NCBI GenBank assembly: GCA_964016885.1
Contig: OZ024740.1
Location: 145,328,001 to 145,392,000, forward strand
Direction: 5' to 3'
Length of the DNA: 64,000 nucleotides
Origin: Eledone cirrhosa
Taxonomy: Eukaryota
Under the pieces are notes generated by a model, which ran no database searches, was not told where the DNA came from, and saw nothing but the letters and a program-made list of their open reading frames with translations. The translations under genes and the position numbers were made by a program. Below are positions 13,301-26,152 of this stretch, piece after piece (within the stretch, counting starts at the first letter, position 1; every line of letters starts with the position of its first letter).

Positions 13301-13502
13301 ATCAGTGGAGCGTCGGACAACAAGATTTATGGCATAGAGTTACGCCCCTTTACGATCTGAGTTCAAATCCCGCCGAGGTTAACTTTGCCTTTCATCCTTA
13401 CGGGGTCGATAAAATAAAGTACCAGTCACGCACTGGGGTCGATTTAGTTGACTTCCCCTCACCCACATTACTGATATTGTGCCTACACTAGAAATCATTA
13501 TT
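13301..13502 (+). mobile_element. tRNA-derived SINE (family A), missing about the first 15 nt
   Basis: gagttcaaatcccgccgaggttaactttgcctttcatccttacggggtcgataaaataaagtaccag. Confidence 0.85.
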
Positions 13503-13900
13503 TTTAACATTAAATATTCTATTTGCATTGTTGTGGCTCTGTAAAAAATATAGGATTTAGTTGTTCTTTCTTTTATCTTATCTTCTTGTCGAATCAAATC
13601 TATCCATGAAAAAGAATATGGACAGCAATGTTTAATGTATGCGATGGCATGTAAGTTAATAAGTTTCATATATATAAGGTTCATCGAGGATCCTGGTATC
13701 ACTGCTTTTTAACAACTCAAGTGACACATGGGGCATTGACTTCTTCGTGTTATTCTGGAATAATCTTAGCTGAATGTCAGTTAGTTCGTATGTATTTTTC
13801 ACTTTTCTTTTCGTCTGTAACAAATACTTCCCAGAAACGAGATGTCAAGTTAAATTGAGAATTTCTATTTATTGTATATCTCATGCGCCATCGATAAAGG

Positions 13901-13912
13901 TTATATATATAT

Positions 13913-13943
<31 letters not shown>

Positions 13944-14040
13944 GTATGTATGTGTATATATATATATATATATGTGTGTGTGTATGTATGTATATATATA
14001 TGTATGTATGTATATATATATATATATATGTGTATGTATG

Positions 14041-14087
<47 letters not shown>

Positions 14088-14204
14088 GTATGTATATATA
14101 TGTAAGTATGCATGTATAGTGCCATACTAAGAGTGAGAAATGAAATTTCGTTTTCATTTTGTTTCAATTTATGTATATATATATATATATATATATATAC
14201 ATAC

Positions 14205-14246
<42 letters not shown>

Positions 14247-14305
14247 CTGCGCGCGTGGGTGTGCGTGTTTGTGTGCGTATGTGTGTGTACATATATATAT
14301 ATGCA
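13901..14305. repeat. (TA)n/(TG)n microsatellite block
   Basis: Simple repeats. They produce many spurious ORFs in the track. Confidence 0.95.
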
Positions 14306-14401
14306 AAATGGATGACTGAACACACACGTTGCTGTTTCTTCCCAAAACTTTTTCCGTTTCTCATTCTCGTCTATCTTTCTATTCTTTTATTTCTCATTCT
14401 A

Positions 14402-14437
14402 TCTTCTGACGAAAGACTAGCATCCGAAACGTTAAGA
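14402..14437 (+). ncRNA. Minimal type I hammerhead ribozyme motif (PLE pLTR-like fragment)
   Basis: TCTT-CTGACGA-aagactagcatcc-GAAAC-GTT-AAGA. Stem I is TCTT/AAGA, stem III is a loopless palindrome (AACGTT), and stem II is weak. Confidence 0.55.
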
Positions 14438-15439
14438 CTCTTTCCTATTATATCAAGCGTTAAACGAATATATATCTTCATTGCACACACACACACATAT
14501 ATATACATATATACATATACATATATATGTATGTATGTATGTGTGTGTGTATGTATGGGTAAAATTAACAGCATGTATATCTACGGACAAAGTAAAAGAG
14601 TACTCAATATTTGATTAGAGTAAACGTCTAATGTTGTGTAATAGTGTTGTTTAGCACTCTGTTACTTTAAGTTTTATAACCTAAGAATATCCTCTAGGAA
14701 TTTTTAGGTAGAAACGCAATGTTGAAACACGAGAATGACGTTTTATTTACATTGAAGCCTTCTGCAAGATAACGTTATTGTCACTTGTTTGTTACATATA
14801 CACAGATGCACACGTTTGTACGACGTACGTGCGAACACTCACGTTCGCATTAAATTATGTATATTATTGTAACACAGATACATGCACATATATAGACAAA
14901 CACATATAGAAATTTTTAATGACACAAGAATATGCATCATTTAAATATAAACACCCGAAAAGGGAACTATTACCTCCACTTTCCGTCTCTTTGTTGTAAT
15001 TATGGCTAATTTATGAATTTACTGTTTACTATTTCGTTAGAAGCGAATCAGTATTTTTTACATTCATTCCAAAATCTGGAAATAGCAATTGCAAAAATTA
15101 GTTCCGCAATTAAAGTTCTAATCCAAGACTTGATAAGCTCTCAGTGCATTAGAACCTCTCTGAGCAAACGCCAAACTTCGCGCGTATTAGTTAACTAATA
15201 TTATATTATGTAGTTTAATAGATATGCAATGCACAAATCACATGAGTAATCCAGTATGTAGATAATAAATTTTTTAATTCTTTAGGTACACTAAAATAAC
15301 TTTATTTTTGCGGCTGATAAGGAGAAGGTCAGAGGAAATCAAGGTTATTTGTAAACCATTATATGCAGTAAACATATTCCTTACGATGAGATTAAGCCAA
15401 TCCACCTGCTTCAGTTATTAATGCTTTATCAAGTATAAA

Positions 15440-16150
15440 GCTGCCCAGCAGATTGAGGGACCCAGACCAGCCATTTACTCTATATGGACGACATCAAGTT
15501 ATATTTCAAATTAGAAACACAGCCGAAAAATATTTTCTAAACTTTAACATGTTAGAGCTGCGGTATTAGTATGGAGTTTGGGCTTAGCAAGATGTCAGGG
15601 CTACATTTGAAAGGATTTGGGAACAGATGAAGCATATAGACATCTGGGGATCAGGAAGTTAGAATGAAGGAACTAAACCAAAAGGAATATATTCGATGGC
15701 CTAGGATTACATACGATGGAAGCAATTAATATCTTATCGGTCCCGATAATAAGCTACAGCTTCAGAGTGGTAAACTGGAATGTATAAGAGATAAACAAGA
15801 ATTAGACTAAGAAACGAGGAAACTATTAACAAAATGTATACATCACCTAAAAGTTAAGTTACATCTTAGGTATAAACATGTCCCAGCATAAACATGTCCC
15901 AAAGTCTGCAGTAGAAAATGAAACTATAATTTTTTTGGTATACAGAAATATAGAGATAAGCAGATAATGACAAACAAATCAAACAATAGTATAAAATACA
16001 AAAAGATTCAGGTCGCGTACGGTAATTTGTGTGGCTTGTCTCTTGGAAGCGATTGAAAAAATCTTCATTTATAAAGATCTGGAGATTTAAATAACAAGTA
16101 TATAGAATACAGGCATAAAGATAGCCCCAGTCGTCAGAGGCGCACCAGAT
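15440..16150 (+). mobile_element. Old R4/Dong-like LINE remnant
   Basis: Translates to LYMDDIKLY, MEFGLSK, AYRHLGI and EAINILSVPIISYSFRVVNWN, colinear with the element at 5598-7420. Confidence 0.7.
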
Positions 16151-16194
16151 GTAAAACATGGTTCGGGAAAAGGTCGAATAACTGCCAAGGAAAC

Positions 16195-16500
16195 TTCCCG
16201 ATACGTCTCGACAGAGGCCATTCGTCTGACAGACATGCTCTAGATTCAAGCCTACTGACGTTCTGTTTATCCGTTTCATTTTTCTAATACAATGGCTTCG
16301 GATAGTTTAGATCTAACTGAACTCGGGCTACTTCCACTCAGGCACTTCAGCTTCATTCGTCTTTCCTCCTCTCAACATTCATATTGTGTCCGACCGGCAG
16401 GCCCTGCATTGACCACTACGCCAAGTCCTTCCTCTGGAATTCTCTTCCTGCATATGTCTCAGCAATTTAAACTGAACATCGACAACATCAATCTCAACGG
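16195..16500 (+). mobile_element. CR1/L2/Jockey-like LINE 3' remnant
   Basis: AIRL and YAKSFL-WNSLPA motifs, typical of the ORF2 C-terminus in these clades. Confidence 0.45.
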
Positions 16501-16724
16501 ATTGTGATAAACAGGCGAAACTTCAGAGTAACACGACTCACTATTTAGCCCTAATAAAATGAATATTTAAACTTTACTTCGGTATTGAGTACTCTTTTTA
16601 TATTATATATAATATAATAAAAATATATTGTATATTTTATATTATATATTATTTATACTATACATATATTATATATTATACATTATATATTTTATATTAT
16701 ATATTATATTATATATATATAATA

Positions 16725-17067
16725 TATGCTTTGCAGCAAAGAGTTACGGCCCTTTATGGTCTGAGTTCAAATCCCGCCGAGGTTAACTTTGCCTTTCATC
16801 CTTACGGAGTCGATAAAATAAAGTACCAGTAATGTAATGGGTAATTGCTGGCCTTGTGCCAAAAGTAGAAACAATTATTGGGCCGTGGATTGGCAGTATC
16901 GGTAGAGGATCGGACGCCATGCTTTGCAGCACAGTTACGTCCCTTTACGGACTGAGTTCAAATCTCGCCGAGGTTAACTTTGCCTTTTATCCTTACGGGG
17001 TCGATAAAATAAAGTACCAGTAATGCGGTGGGATAATTGCTGACCTTGTGCCAAAAGTAGGAACAAT

Positions 17068-17070
<3 letters not shown>
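16725..17070 (+). mobile_element. Tandem pair of family A SINEs
   Basis: Two consecutive cores (16725-16880 and 16884-17070), each ending in a tail like agaaacaattatt. Confidence 0.85.
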
Positions 17071-17119
<49 letters not shown>

Positions 17120-17269
17120 ATGTGTGTGTGTGTGTGTGTAAACGTCATAAACCCCCCCACACACACACACACTCTCACCAAGCGTGAAGCTAATAACACC
17201 ATGTAACATTTACTCCTGCGTTTGTTTATTTATTGTTATTTCGAACTATATTATATATATATATACACG

Positions 17270-17353
<84 letters not shown>

Positions 17354-18224
17354 CGTGTGCGTGTGCGTGTGCGTGTGTGTGTATTCATTTTAATAAAGGG
17401 ATTTCTTTTTTATGTGTGACAGAAATTGACAAATATAGATTAAAGCACATTCAAAATGAATTCCATTACAGATGTTTTCTATCTCATGGCATGAATCAAA
17501 TTCATATTTTTACATCCACTGAAACTATCGTTAACAGTGTACTACAAATATAGAATCTAATTAATAGTTGGCGCTGTTGCTTATTAAAACTATCTGATTA
17601 CAACAACGTGTATTATGCGCCATCCTACTGATGTCACACGGCACCAAACTATATGATTTATTACTTTACGCTTCTGTCATTTCGAAGAATTCCTTACACG
17701 TCTAGATATATAAGAAAATGTCACTATGTCTGTAATTTCATTCCAAAATATTTTTATCATTTTTTATATGTGATTAAAAAATCGCAATGGTAGTCGACCG
17801 TATCCTAGGAGAAGAATTACACTGTGTACCTTAAGACATTTAACTCTATTTGTCAAACTAAAACCATATTTCCTGATCTTCTTAAAACTTCTATTCGTTT
17901 TGTTACATGAATTCCTCTCTGGTGTTCCTTACTTTGCCCTTTAGAAATATTATTTAGAATTCCTTCCTTTTTTGTACCATCAAGTCACGAATGAACCCCC
18001 TCCTCCCTCGAGGACTTCAGTGGGAAGCGTTATGGGTTTTCATGGAATTTTCTTGTGTGAATACAAATGTGGTTTCCCGTTTGCTTCCTTCGAGCGATTT
18101 TTTTAACACGGCACCATCTTTGCAGTAAAATACAGACCCTAGTTACCTAAATACTCAGGACATAAAAAATTGGGACATAACCGTAAAAGCATTTGTCCAA
18201 CGATCTAAAGATTTCGCCAACATA

Positions 18225-18375
18225 CTGCCTAGAGTCGTTCTTTATTTTATCGATCCCGGAAGGGTGAAAGGCAAGAGTGATCTCGATGGGATTTGAGCAC
18301 AAAATATAAATACCCGAAATAAAAACTGCAAGGCATTTTATCCGATGCTCTAATGATTCTGTCAATTTGCTACCT
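18225..18375 (-). mobile_element. Family A SINE fragment
   Basis: tttattttatcgatcccggaagggtgaaaggcaag...gggatttgagc. Confidence 0.65.
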
Positions 18376-19059
18376 TTATTCAGAATACGAGGCTGCTAAA
18401 CAAAAACTGTGCAGAATAATAAATACTTCACCTAGACCTGACGTCCTCTTAATATCTTTCTATATAATAATATAGTCTTATATAGAATGGCACGGCATAC
18501 TTAATCCCTAAATAAGTTTGATCTGATGCCATAAAAAAAGACACCTTTTTGTCTTCTATAGTTTTGCAATTACATCCATATATTTTTCTCCCAGTCCACG
18601 GAATTGAATAAGCAAAAGGGTAGAACCTAAGGAAACTAACGATGATGTGTGGTGGGAAATAGTAGACAAAGTTCACAAAATGGAATCAATTATTTTTGCA
18701 GAGGAAGAAATGAAATCAAATATTTCGGACAGGTAAGATATTTACTTGTGATTCTGAATAGACTAGGTGTAGCGAAAGTAAGAAAAAAAGACACTAATGA
18801 AGAATAAGGAAGTGGGAAGGTGGACAGCGGTCAAATCGAGGAGAAAATCAAGAGGAACGCTGACAGCTTTGAAAAAGACCAGAGAAAACGTTGAAAAAAC
18901 ACACATGCATACATATTGAACAGTGGGAAGTTAGGATAAGTTGTAAGTGAGCAGCATTCACAATCGCTTGGACCTATTTAGTTTCTTTTGTGCTGCTAAT
19001 ACCCCTGTACAAAGTTATTAGCATGACAGTCTCACATTCTCATTCATCTGACTGAAGCA

Positions 19060-19220
19060 ACGAATTGGCAGAGTCGGTAGAACGTCAGATAGAATGCTTT
19101 CCAGTATTCGTTTCTACTCTCTGAGCTCAAAACCCACCGAGGTCAATTTTGTCTTTCATCCCTTCGAGGTCTTTAAAAAATGTACCAATCCAGTACAGGA
19201 GTCAACTCTTCCCCCTCACT
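19060..19220 (+). mobile_element. Family A-related SINE fragment
   Basis: aattggcagagtcggtagaacgtcag...caccgaggtcaattttgtctttcatccc. Confidence 0.65.
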
Positions 19221-21224
19221 TTCTCTGTCTCTCTCTCTCTTTCTCTGGTTCAGACACTGTATGTCACTACACTCCATTAGAAGTTACAAGTCTATACATA
19301 CACGCATGCATACATGCATACATACACATATATACACACTTATTCATCTGACTGGTAACTGTCTGAATGCATGCAAGGAACATTTTCTTCATCATTTGTT
19401 TATTCCCGGAGAGTAATACTTTTGTATGACAATGAAGCATGGGACACAGCTAAGGTTCTAGCTGCAGAGCAACGTAGTCTGGAATAGTAAATATAATGAT
19501 ATAATTGAAATAGTATCCCAGGTAGGGAAATAATGCTTGTTATTTTGTCATTCTACGTTCTGAGATGGAAACACGCTGTGGTAACCATTACCTTTAAATT
19601 TTTGAGGCCAATAAAATAATTGATAGTAGTAGTAGTAGTTGTTGTTGTTGTTGTTGTTTAACCATAGGTCCACTTTGATTGATCAAACTTACGATCAAAA
19701 CCATTCCATCCACAACCATTTCATCTTTTTTTATGTCAGTAACTGCACCGTCCAATGAGTCATTTCTATTTTATGTCATTTGAGGGAGACTTGACTGCTA
19801 TTTCTAAAAGGTTCAGCGACCTTCATTGGCTCTTTTAAATACTAGTAACGTGCTTCGAAGATTTAATCAGATATAAATATGTCCAGAGTTGTCTCCCGTA
19901 CTTGCTGAAATGATAGATTGTTAATAGTCTCAGCTAATACTGTCTTTTTCTCACCATAGAATTCTTTCTACTTAGATTATTGACGATCACTACATTGACT
20001 ATGTTAACATGAAATGTACTATTCTTTTTTATTGGGATGGCGTCTCTGTGTAATTAACCTCAGTGATTTATTTGTTAAAATTTGTTACGGGGAAATTGGC
20101 GTCAGAAAAATATGCTGTCTATACGCCAGTGCGTTCTGCTCTTTTTAGCAACTTTTCCGTCAGTTTGCCAAAGAAACGCTTTAAAATGTAACGGAGGCAT
20201 TTTAAACATTGTCTCCTTTAATTTAGCACAATTTTTATGCAACTTTTTAACTTTCTGCCAGTGTGTCTTTTGTTAGAAAATCATATCACTTGATGCCATA
20301 AATCTACCTCAACATTGAGTGCTATATCCAAGTTTCGAGTTTCTTTGACCACATTTCAACATTATATTACAAGATCAATTGAACAATATTGTCATAGGAG
20401 ATGGAGGGTTTCTGAAATTCCTAGAATTCAACATAAATTTACCAAAACATATTTAGTAGCTAGAATGAAAGGTATTAGGTTTAATCGTAACTATGGAAGA
20501 GAGCGAGTAGGATTTATGGTAGTAATGCGTCAGTCATCAGTAGCTTGCAAAGGCGAAGAAAATTTGTCTAGATAGATGGTTCCATGGCATATTACATGGG
20601 CTAGGTATGAAAGCTACAATCTAAATAATTAAGTAGGAGACTACCTTCTTAGCTACCAGATAGATCGGAGAAAAAACAACAACAATCAACTGAAAAATGA
20701 TGAGTAGATTATATAGACTAAATGTTTATTTGTTTTATTTTTTAGCTTTTAACTTGTCGATTTAGTATACAGCGTTCCTGACCTATTTTAAGATATTTCA
20801 GATCATTGAGGCATTAATTGAAATAGTAATTTTTAAACAATGAAACAAAATTATATTGTAAGGCATCAGAGAATATTAAGATGGCAAGAAAAAATGCTAA
20901 TCGCTTCGAAGACGCGACTCATTCAGCGTTTACGTAGTTGTATACTACAGCACCAATTCTTTCAGACAGATAGTGATTTTTTTTACATTACAGGGATACA
21001 AGTTATTCGAGGAGGATGTGGGTGTTTTAATAAACCCCAATATATGATAATATATAACTGTAAAATAAATAATTATCTGTAGTAGCTCAAACGTCAATAA
21101 AACAAGTACATGATATTTTTTTTGCCCTCCTCCATAATATTTTTTTACAAAGCAGTAGACCATTTTTGCGAAGGCAGGTGTAATGCGGATTAACCTGTAT
21201 ATATAGATCCATAACTCCTAGTGT

Positions 21225-21505
21225 AGTAGTAGAGGCGCCGAGTTAACATAGGCATTTCTTGGGCGTTTTAAACCTGGTGGAGCCCATCCCCTCTCCAAGT
21301 CTGAACACAGCCGATTTCTTTCAGAGAATGGTAAAGGGAAAGTGAAAGAGAGATAGAGAAGAAGAATCCACTCCAGTATTGGGCTAGTATTTTTTTATCT
21401 ACCGGAAAAGGATGAGTAACAAAGTTGATCTCGGCGGGATTAGAACTCAGAGAATGCAGACTGCCGAAACAAATAGCGTTCTAACGACTCTGCCAATTCG
21501 CCGCT
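21225..21505 (-). mobile_element. SINE family B (family A head and core plus a different 3' tail)
   Basis: Shares the acctgg..agcccatc..ccaagtctgaacacagccgatttct tail with 22790-23040, 29150-29430 and 36390-36880. Confidence 0.65.
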
Positions 21506-22451
21506 GTGGATTGAATTAAAGCCAGCATATTATTGGTTGAGAATGAAAGGCTAACTCTACTCCGGCAAAATATGACCTCGGTATTAATTGTAGAAGCTAA
21601 TTTAATCCAGTGCTCAGTTGTTTCTGTCAACTGAATCACTTTTCTATAATGAAAAATGAATTATTAATAACATAATTTTCGATAACATACTGTATATATT
21701 TTATCTGATTTTTTTTTTCAGCTTTTCTTATCATTGTTCTTTGAGCTAATGGCTTATATATTGTTGATATGAATTTTGGTTGAACTATTTTTTGCGATTA
21801 CACGTTACTAATTTTTCTTATCAGAAATATTTGCAGTTTTCAAGAGAAAAAACGGACATTCAGGAATTTCAACAGGGTTGTATACCTATGTTTCTATCTA
21901 TAGCTTTGTTATAGGAAAACTATTGCATCATTTGTGAAACATCTTTATTTTACAAAAAAATTAATAAAACAACGATTGCGGCAAGAGATATACATGCATT
22001 GCAACATTTCTTATCTACATATGTATTATATCAGAGGGAGAAGCTATTTTAACTGACGTTCTATATACCCGTTGTTGTATATATGAAAACACGGCAATAT
22101 TACCAATACGACGAGTAAACTGCAGAGAAAAGGAAATAAATTGCTAGGCTAGCTCCACCCGTATGATACATAGACTTGTAGAATGTCAAAGCTGCTATAT
22201 CTCAGTAATTTTGAGGATGAACACCTGGGTAGAAAGGATAAAATAAGTAGTTAGTTAATATTCTAGTCATTCTATTCTTATTCTCTTTATATTACATTTC
22301 AAACTGTACAAATTTCAAACTGTAAAGTATATAGTGGGATTTTCAATCATCTGTTCCTTCTTGTCACATGAGAATATAAAATCAATAAGATTATATAATT
22401 TGTGTCAGAACTTTGTTTGTGTGTGTGTGTTTTTTTTTCTTTTTTTTTTTT

Positions 22452-22625
22452 ACCTGGGAGGGAAATGCGCCCAGTTCTTGTCACAACACCTTTCTAGGAG
22501 ACGGAAACTTTGAAAAAAGCCTGCGGCTTCGGAAGCATCCGATGATGTTGACCAGTTCTCAGAGAGTGGGATTGGTCGAGTGCAAGGCCTTTCCCCACTT
22601 AAAAAACCTTCAAAGCACAGGCCTT
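22452..22625 (+). mobile_element. Fragment of the non-autonomous RTE-derived element (5'UTR body)
   Basis: Reverse complement aligns with 1-150 and 39660-39870 (tctaggagacggaaact; ccgatgatgttgacc; gagagtggga). Confidence 0.65.
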
Positions 22626-22789
22626 GCTTGTTCAGGATATGTTACAGGTTCGTGTGGCTGGCCGTAGCCTAAAAGTGCACCAAACTCTATAATCTGACAA
22701 GCGATTGCAATACTCTTAGCAGAGTTTGCAGCCATCATATATGTATGTATTGACCCGCAACTCATGAGGAAGTCGTAGGGACACCCTTG

Positions 22790-23040
22790 TAACACTCGGC
22801 GAATTTAGGGCACATTAAACCTGGCGAAGCCCATCTCTTTCCGGGTAGAACACAGCCGATTTCTTCCGGAAAAGTAAAGAGATAGATAGATAGCGGGGGG
22901 GGGGGGGGCAGAGATATAGAATAGGAATTGACCTCAGTACTGGGTGGGGATTCTTTTATCAACCTCGAAAGGCAAAACAAAGCAATTTATCGATGAAAGT
23001 CAAAGCTGACCTCGACGGGATTTTAACTGAGAAAGCGTAG
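22790..23040 (-). mobile_element. SINE family B, diverged
   Basis: Same tail and core as 21225-21505. Confidence 0.6.
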
Positions 23041-23217
23041 ACAGTCGGACGACTACCAGTACCTGTCGGACGACTACCAGTACCTACCTATTTTCATCTC
23101 ACATTTCCCCGAGAACGTTTCTGCATTTCATCTTTCCGAGTAGATTATATAAATTGTAATAATATATTAATTCAAGTTAACAATTTGTTCCATTTCTCGA
23201 CAAAATGTGGCTGTGTT

Positions 23218-23408
23218 CGGTGTATTGGCAGTATCGGTAGGGTATCAGACACCATGCTTTGCAGCATAGAATTATGGCCCTTTACGTTCTGAATTTAAAT
23301 CCAGCCGAGGTTAACTTTGCCTTTCATCCTTACGGGGTCGATAAATTAAAACACCAGTAATGCATTGGTGTAATTGCTGGCCTTGTGCCAAAAGTAGAAA
23401 CAATTATT
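23218..23408 (+). mobile_element. Family A SINE
   Basis: Complete head, core and agaaacaattatt tail. Confidence 0.85.
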
Positions 23409-25067
23409 CTCAGGTATTTTTATATCACCTCTTCCTAGGATACAGATAAGCTCGAACAAAATTACTCCTGTCAATCAAATATCAGACCAACTCAACATGT
23501 GTGTTAGTGTAGGCCTAATTCTTTGTTTCTCCTTCTTGTTCAGAAAGAAATCGGAAGAAACAAAATATAGTAAGATATCTTATTTTGCTATTTTACCGTT
23601 TCTGCTCCTTCGCCGTTTGATAATGACAATGATATCTTCTTCATTAACAGTGAAGGGATTTTGCTTTTAAGTTATTTGGTCCACGTTTTAGCAATATGGT
23701 CAAATGGTCCGTAAACAAGTGAAATGTTTCTGCTTCCTGTCTTAATTTCAACTCCATGGTCTTAAAGTTTCAACATAACTGTTGGTAATGATGAATATTA
23801 TTCGAGGTGTTACATAACACGCAGTCCTTGATTATGGTAAAGTAACTACAAAAAGAAGAACAGAAAAATAACGGAAATAGAAGTTTATAAGGTGAGGGAA
23901 GAAAAGTGATAAACAAGTAAACAAACGAGTATTAGTTTAGTCTACAAAAATTTGGGTGTTATTTCCAATTACGTACAGAACCGCCTAATGTAATAAACGT
24001 AAATTAAAACCGCAACATCAAAGACAGAATGGATAGAAATTTTATGAAAACAAAAAACAGCTCTTTATACAACTGATGGCACAGAGTACGTGTTATAAAA
24101 TACACTCACACACGTTCACACAATTTTTTTTCCATATACCTTCATACGTGCTCAAACAAAGCATAAAGATTTTTTTCAAAGACATTCTCAAATTATTCGA
24201 AGATATTTTTCGCTTACTTTTTTCTTTCTATCTTTAGACAAGAATATATATTCTTGGAAGTTATTCAATATTTCATTGCTTTGATTTCGTGAAGTTCTTT
24301 TGATTTAGATAGCCTTATTCTTTTCAATAAATTATTTACTTTTATTTATTTGTTCTACAACTAAATATAATATAATATAGTGTAATATAATATAATATTA
24401 TATATATATATATATATATGTATATGTGTGTGTGTGTATAAAACTTGCAAATAAACAACAACCAACTTTAAACTTCTTCAACGGTCTTCAATAGCCTACA
24501 TGCCTCTACAATATGCCATATGTTGACTATTTTTATTTCAAAGCAAACTATAATATTCAAAACAATATATGGAAGCCTGTTTATTGCATAATAATAAGGT
24601 TGGCACTGGCATACTTGATGCAATGAGTCCCGAAATTTTAACTTATAATAATTCCACCTAGCGTGGTAAGTACAATTATTGTCTAAATTACTAATTCTGG
24701 TAAAAGAGGAGATAACTCAGGGATTTTCAAATATAGATGATCTTTAGCAATATGGTGACAACTCCAGTCATATTTTCATCTTATTTGGTCGCATCAGCGA
24801 AGCATAATCTAACCGTATCTATTAAATTGTAGATTTAGGATTTCTATAAACTTTAAAAAATGAATGGAGAAAATGGGAACCTGGGCCAAACAACAAGTAA
24901 TACAGACAACCACACCACATCATCTTGCACAACGAACAGGCGTAAGACCATATTACCAATTTACGCCATGCCTTCCATTAAAAGTCTATTTTATCAGCGT
25001 TAATCTGGGGCTAAATAACGATTTCTAATTGAAGCATAAGATTAGGAACTTTATATCGAACCCGTCC

Positions 25068-25448
25068 ACTACTTTATTTTATCGACATCGGGAGGATGAA
25101 AGTGAAAGTTTAGCTCGGCAGGATATGAACTTAGATCATAACGAGAACAAATACTGCAAAGCATTTGTCTGACGCTCTAACGACTCTGCCAATCTACCAC
25201 CTTCGGATTGGGATTTAACAATATAATTGTTTCTAATTTAGGCACAAGGCCAACAATTTGAAGGGGAGGGGAAAGTCGATTAAATCGACCGACCCCAATG
25301 CTTACTGGTACTTTATTTTATCGACCCAGTAAGGATGAACGGCAAAGCTAACCTCGGCGGGATTTGAAATCAGAACATAGAGGGCCGTAATTCTATTCCA
25401 CGAAGCATTTGGTCCGACGCTCTACCGATTCTGCCAATCCACCGCCCT
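25068..25448 (-). mobile_element. Two adjacent family A SINEs
   Basis: Copies at about 25068-25203 and 25225-25448. Confidence 0.8.
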
Positions 25449-26117
25449 TAACAATGCAATACCGAAAGACATTAGTCTGATGCCTCGCGTTTCTTAATTG
25501 AAATGACGTTGAAGTTGACTTCATGTTTCATTCCCGTCTTCATGTTTCATTCTCAATGAAATAATTAGCAGTGTAATAAATAGAAGAAGGGATATTGATC
25601 GCCAGTCATGCAAATATGCATCGGTATAGAAGAGCGGTGCATGTTTGCATATATACTTTAGTGTTTTTTATTTTATTTTTTTAATAAGGTTCTGTGGATT
25701 GGCTTTTAATGCATAGTAAGAAATCCATAGAACTACAATAAAGAGTTACAGAAGAGATTACGTTATACATCATGTTACAGAACTGTTACAGAAACACCAA
25801 ATACATTTGGAGCCCACGAAGTATACTCCAACGTTTTCAAAAAGAACGGACGTGTTGAATACTGTAGTCTTATATTCGCAATACTTGGTCGGGGAAAAGG
25901 ACGGGATAGTCTTAGCTGAAATTCTCCTTTGAACATTGGTTGTTCAGTCAGGTTTGACTTAAAGCGAAACAAAAACAAGAACGATAACCAGGAATATTAT
26001 TTTCTTAATTAAATCCCACCCATGAAAACAAATGTATATATGTTGTTTAGTACCAGGTTATTTCTGTTATCAAAATTGTTTAAACCGTGACTATACAGTC
26101 TTTTTTTCAGTCACAGC

Positions 26118-26152
26118 ATCATACGTTTCCGTCTTCGACGGAAACGTATGAT
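26118..26152. repeat. Perfect 16-bp inverted repeat with a 3-nt loop
   Basis: atcatacgtttccgtc-ttc-gacggaaacgtatgat. Confidence 0.9.

Noticed and set aside
23597-23845. Minus-strand exon-like segment with a strong acceptor and ACCATGG
   Set aside because: The ATG frame stops after 37 codons, the other frames also stop, and I recognise no homology.
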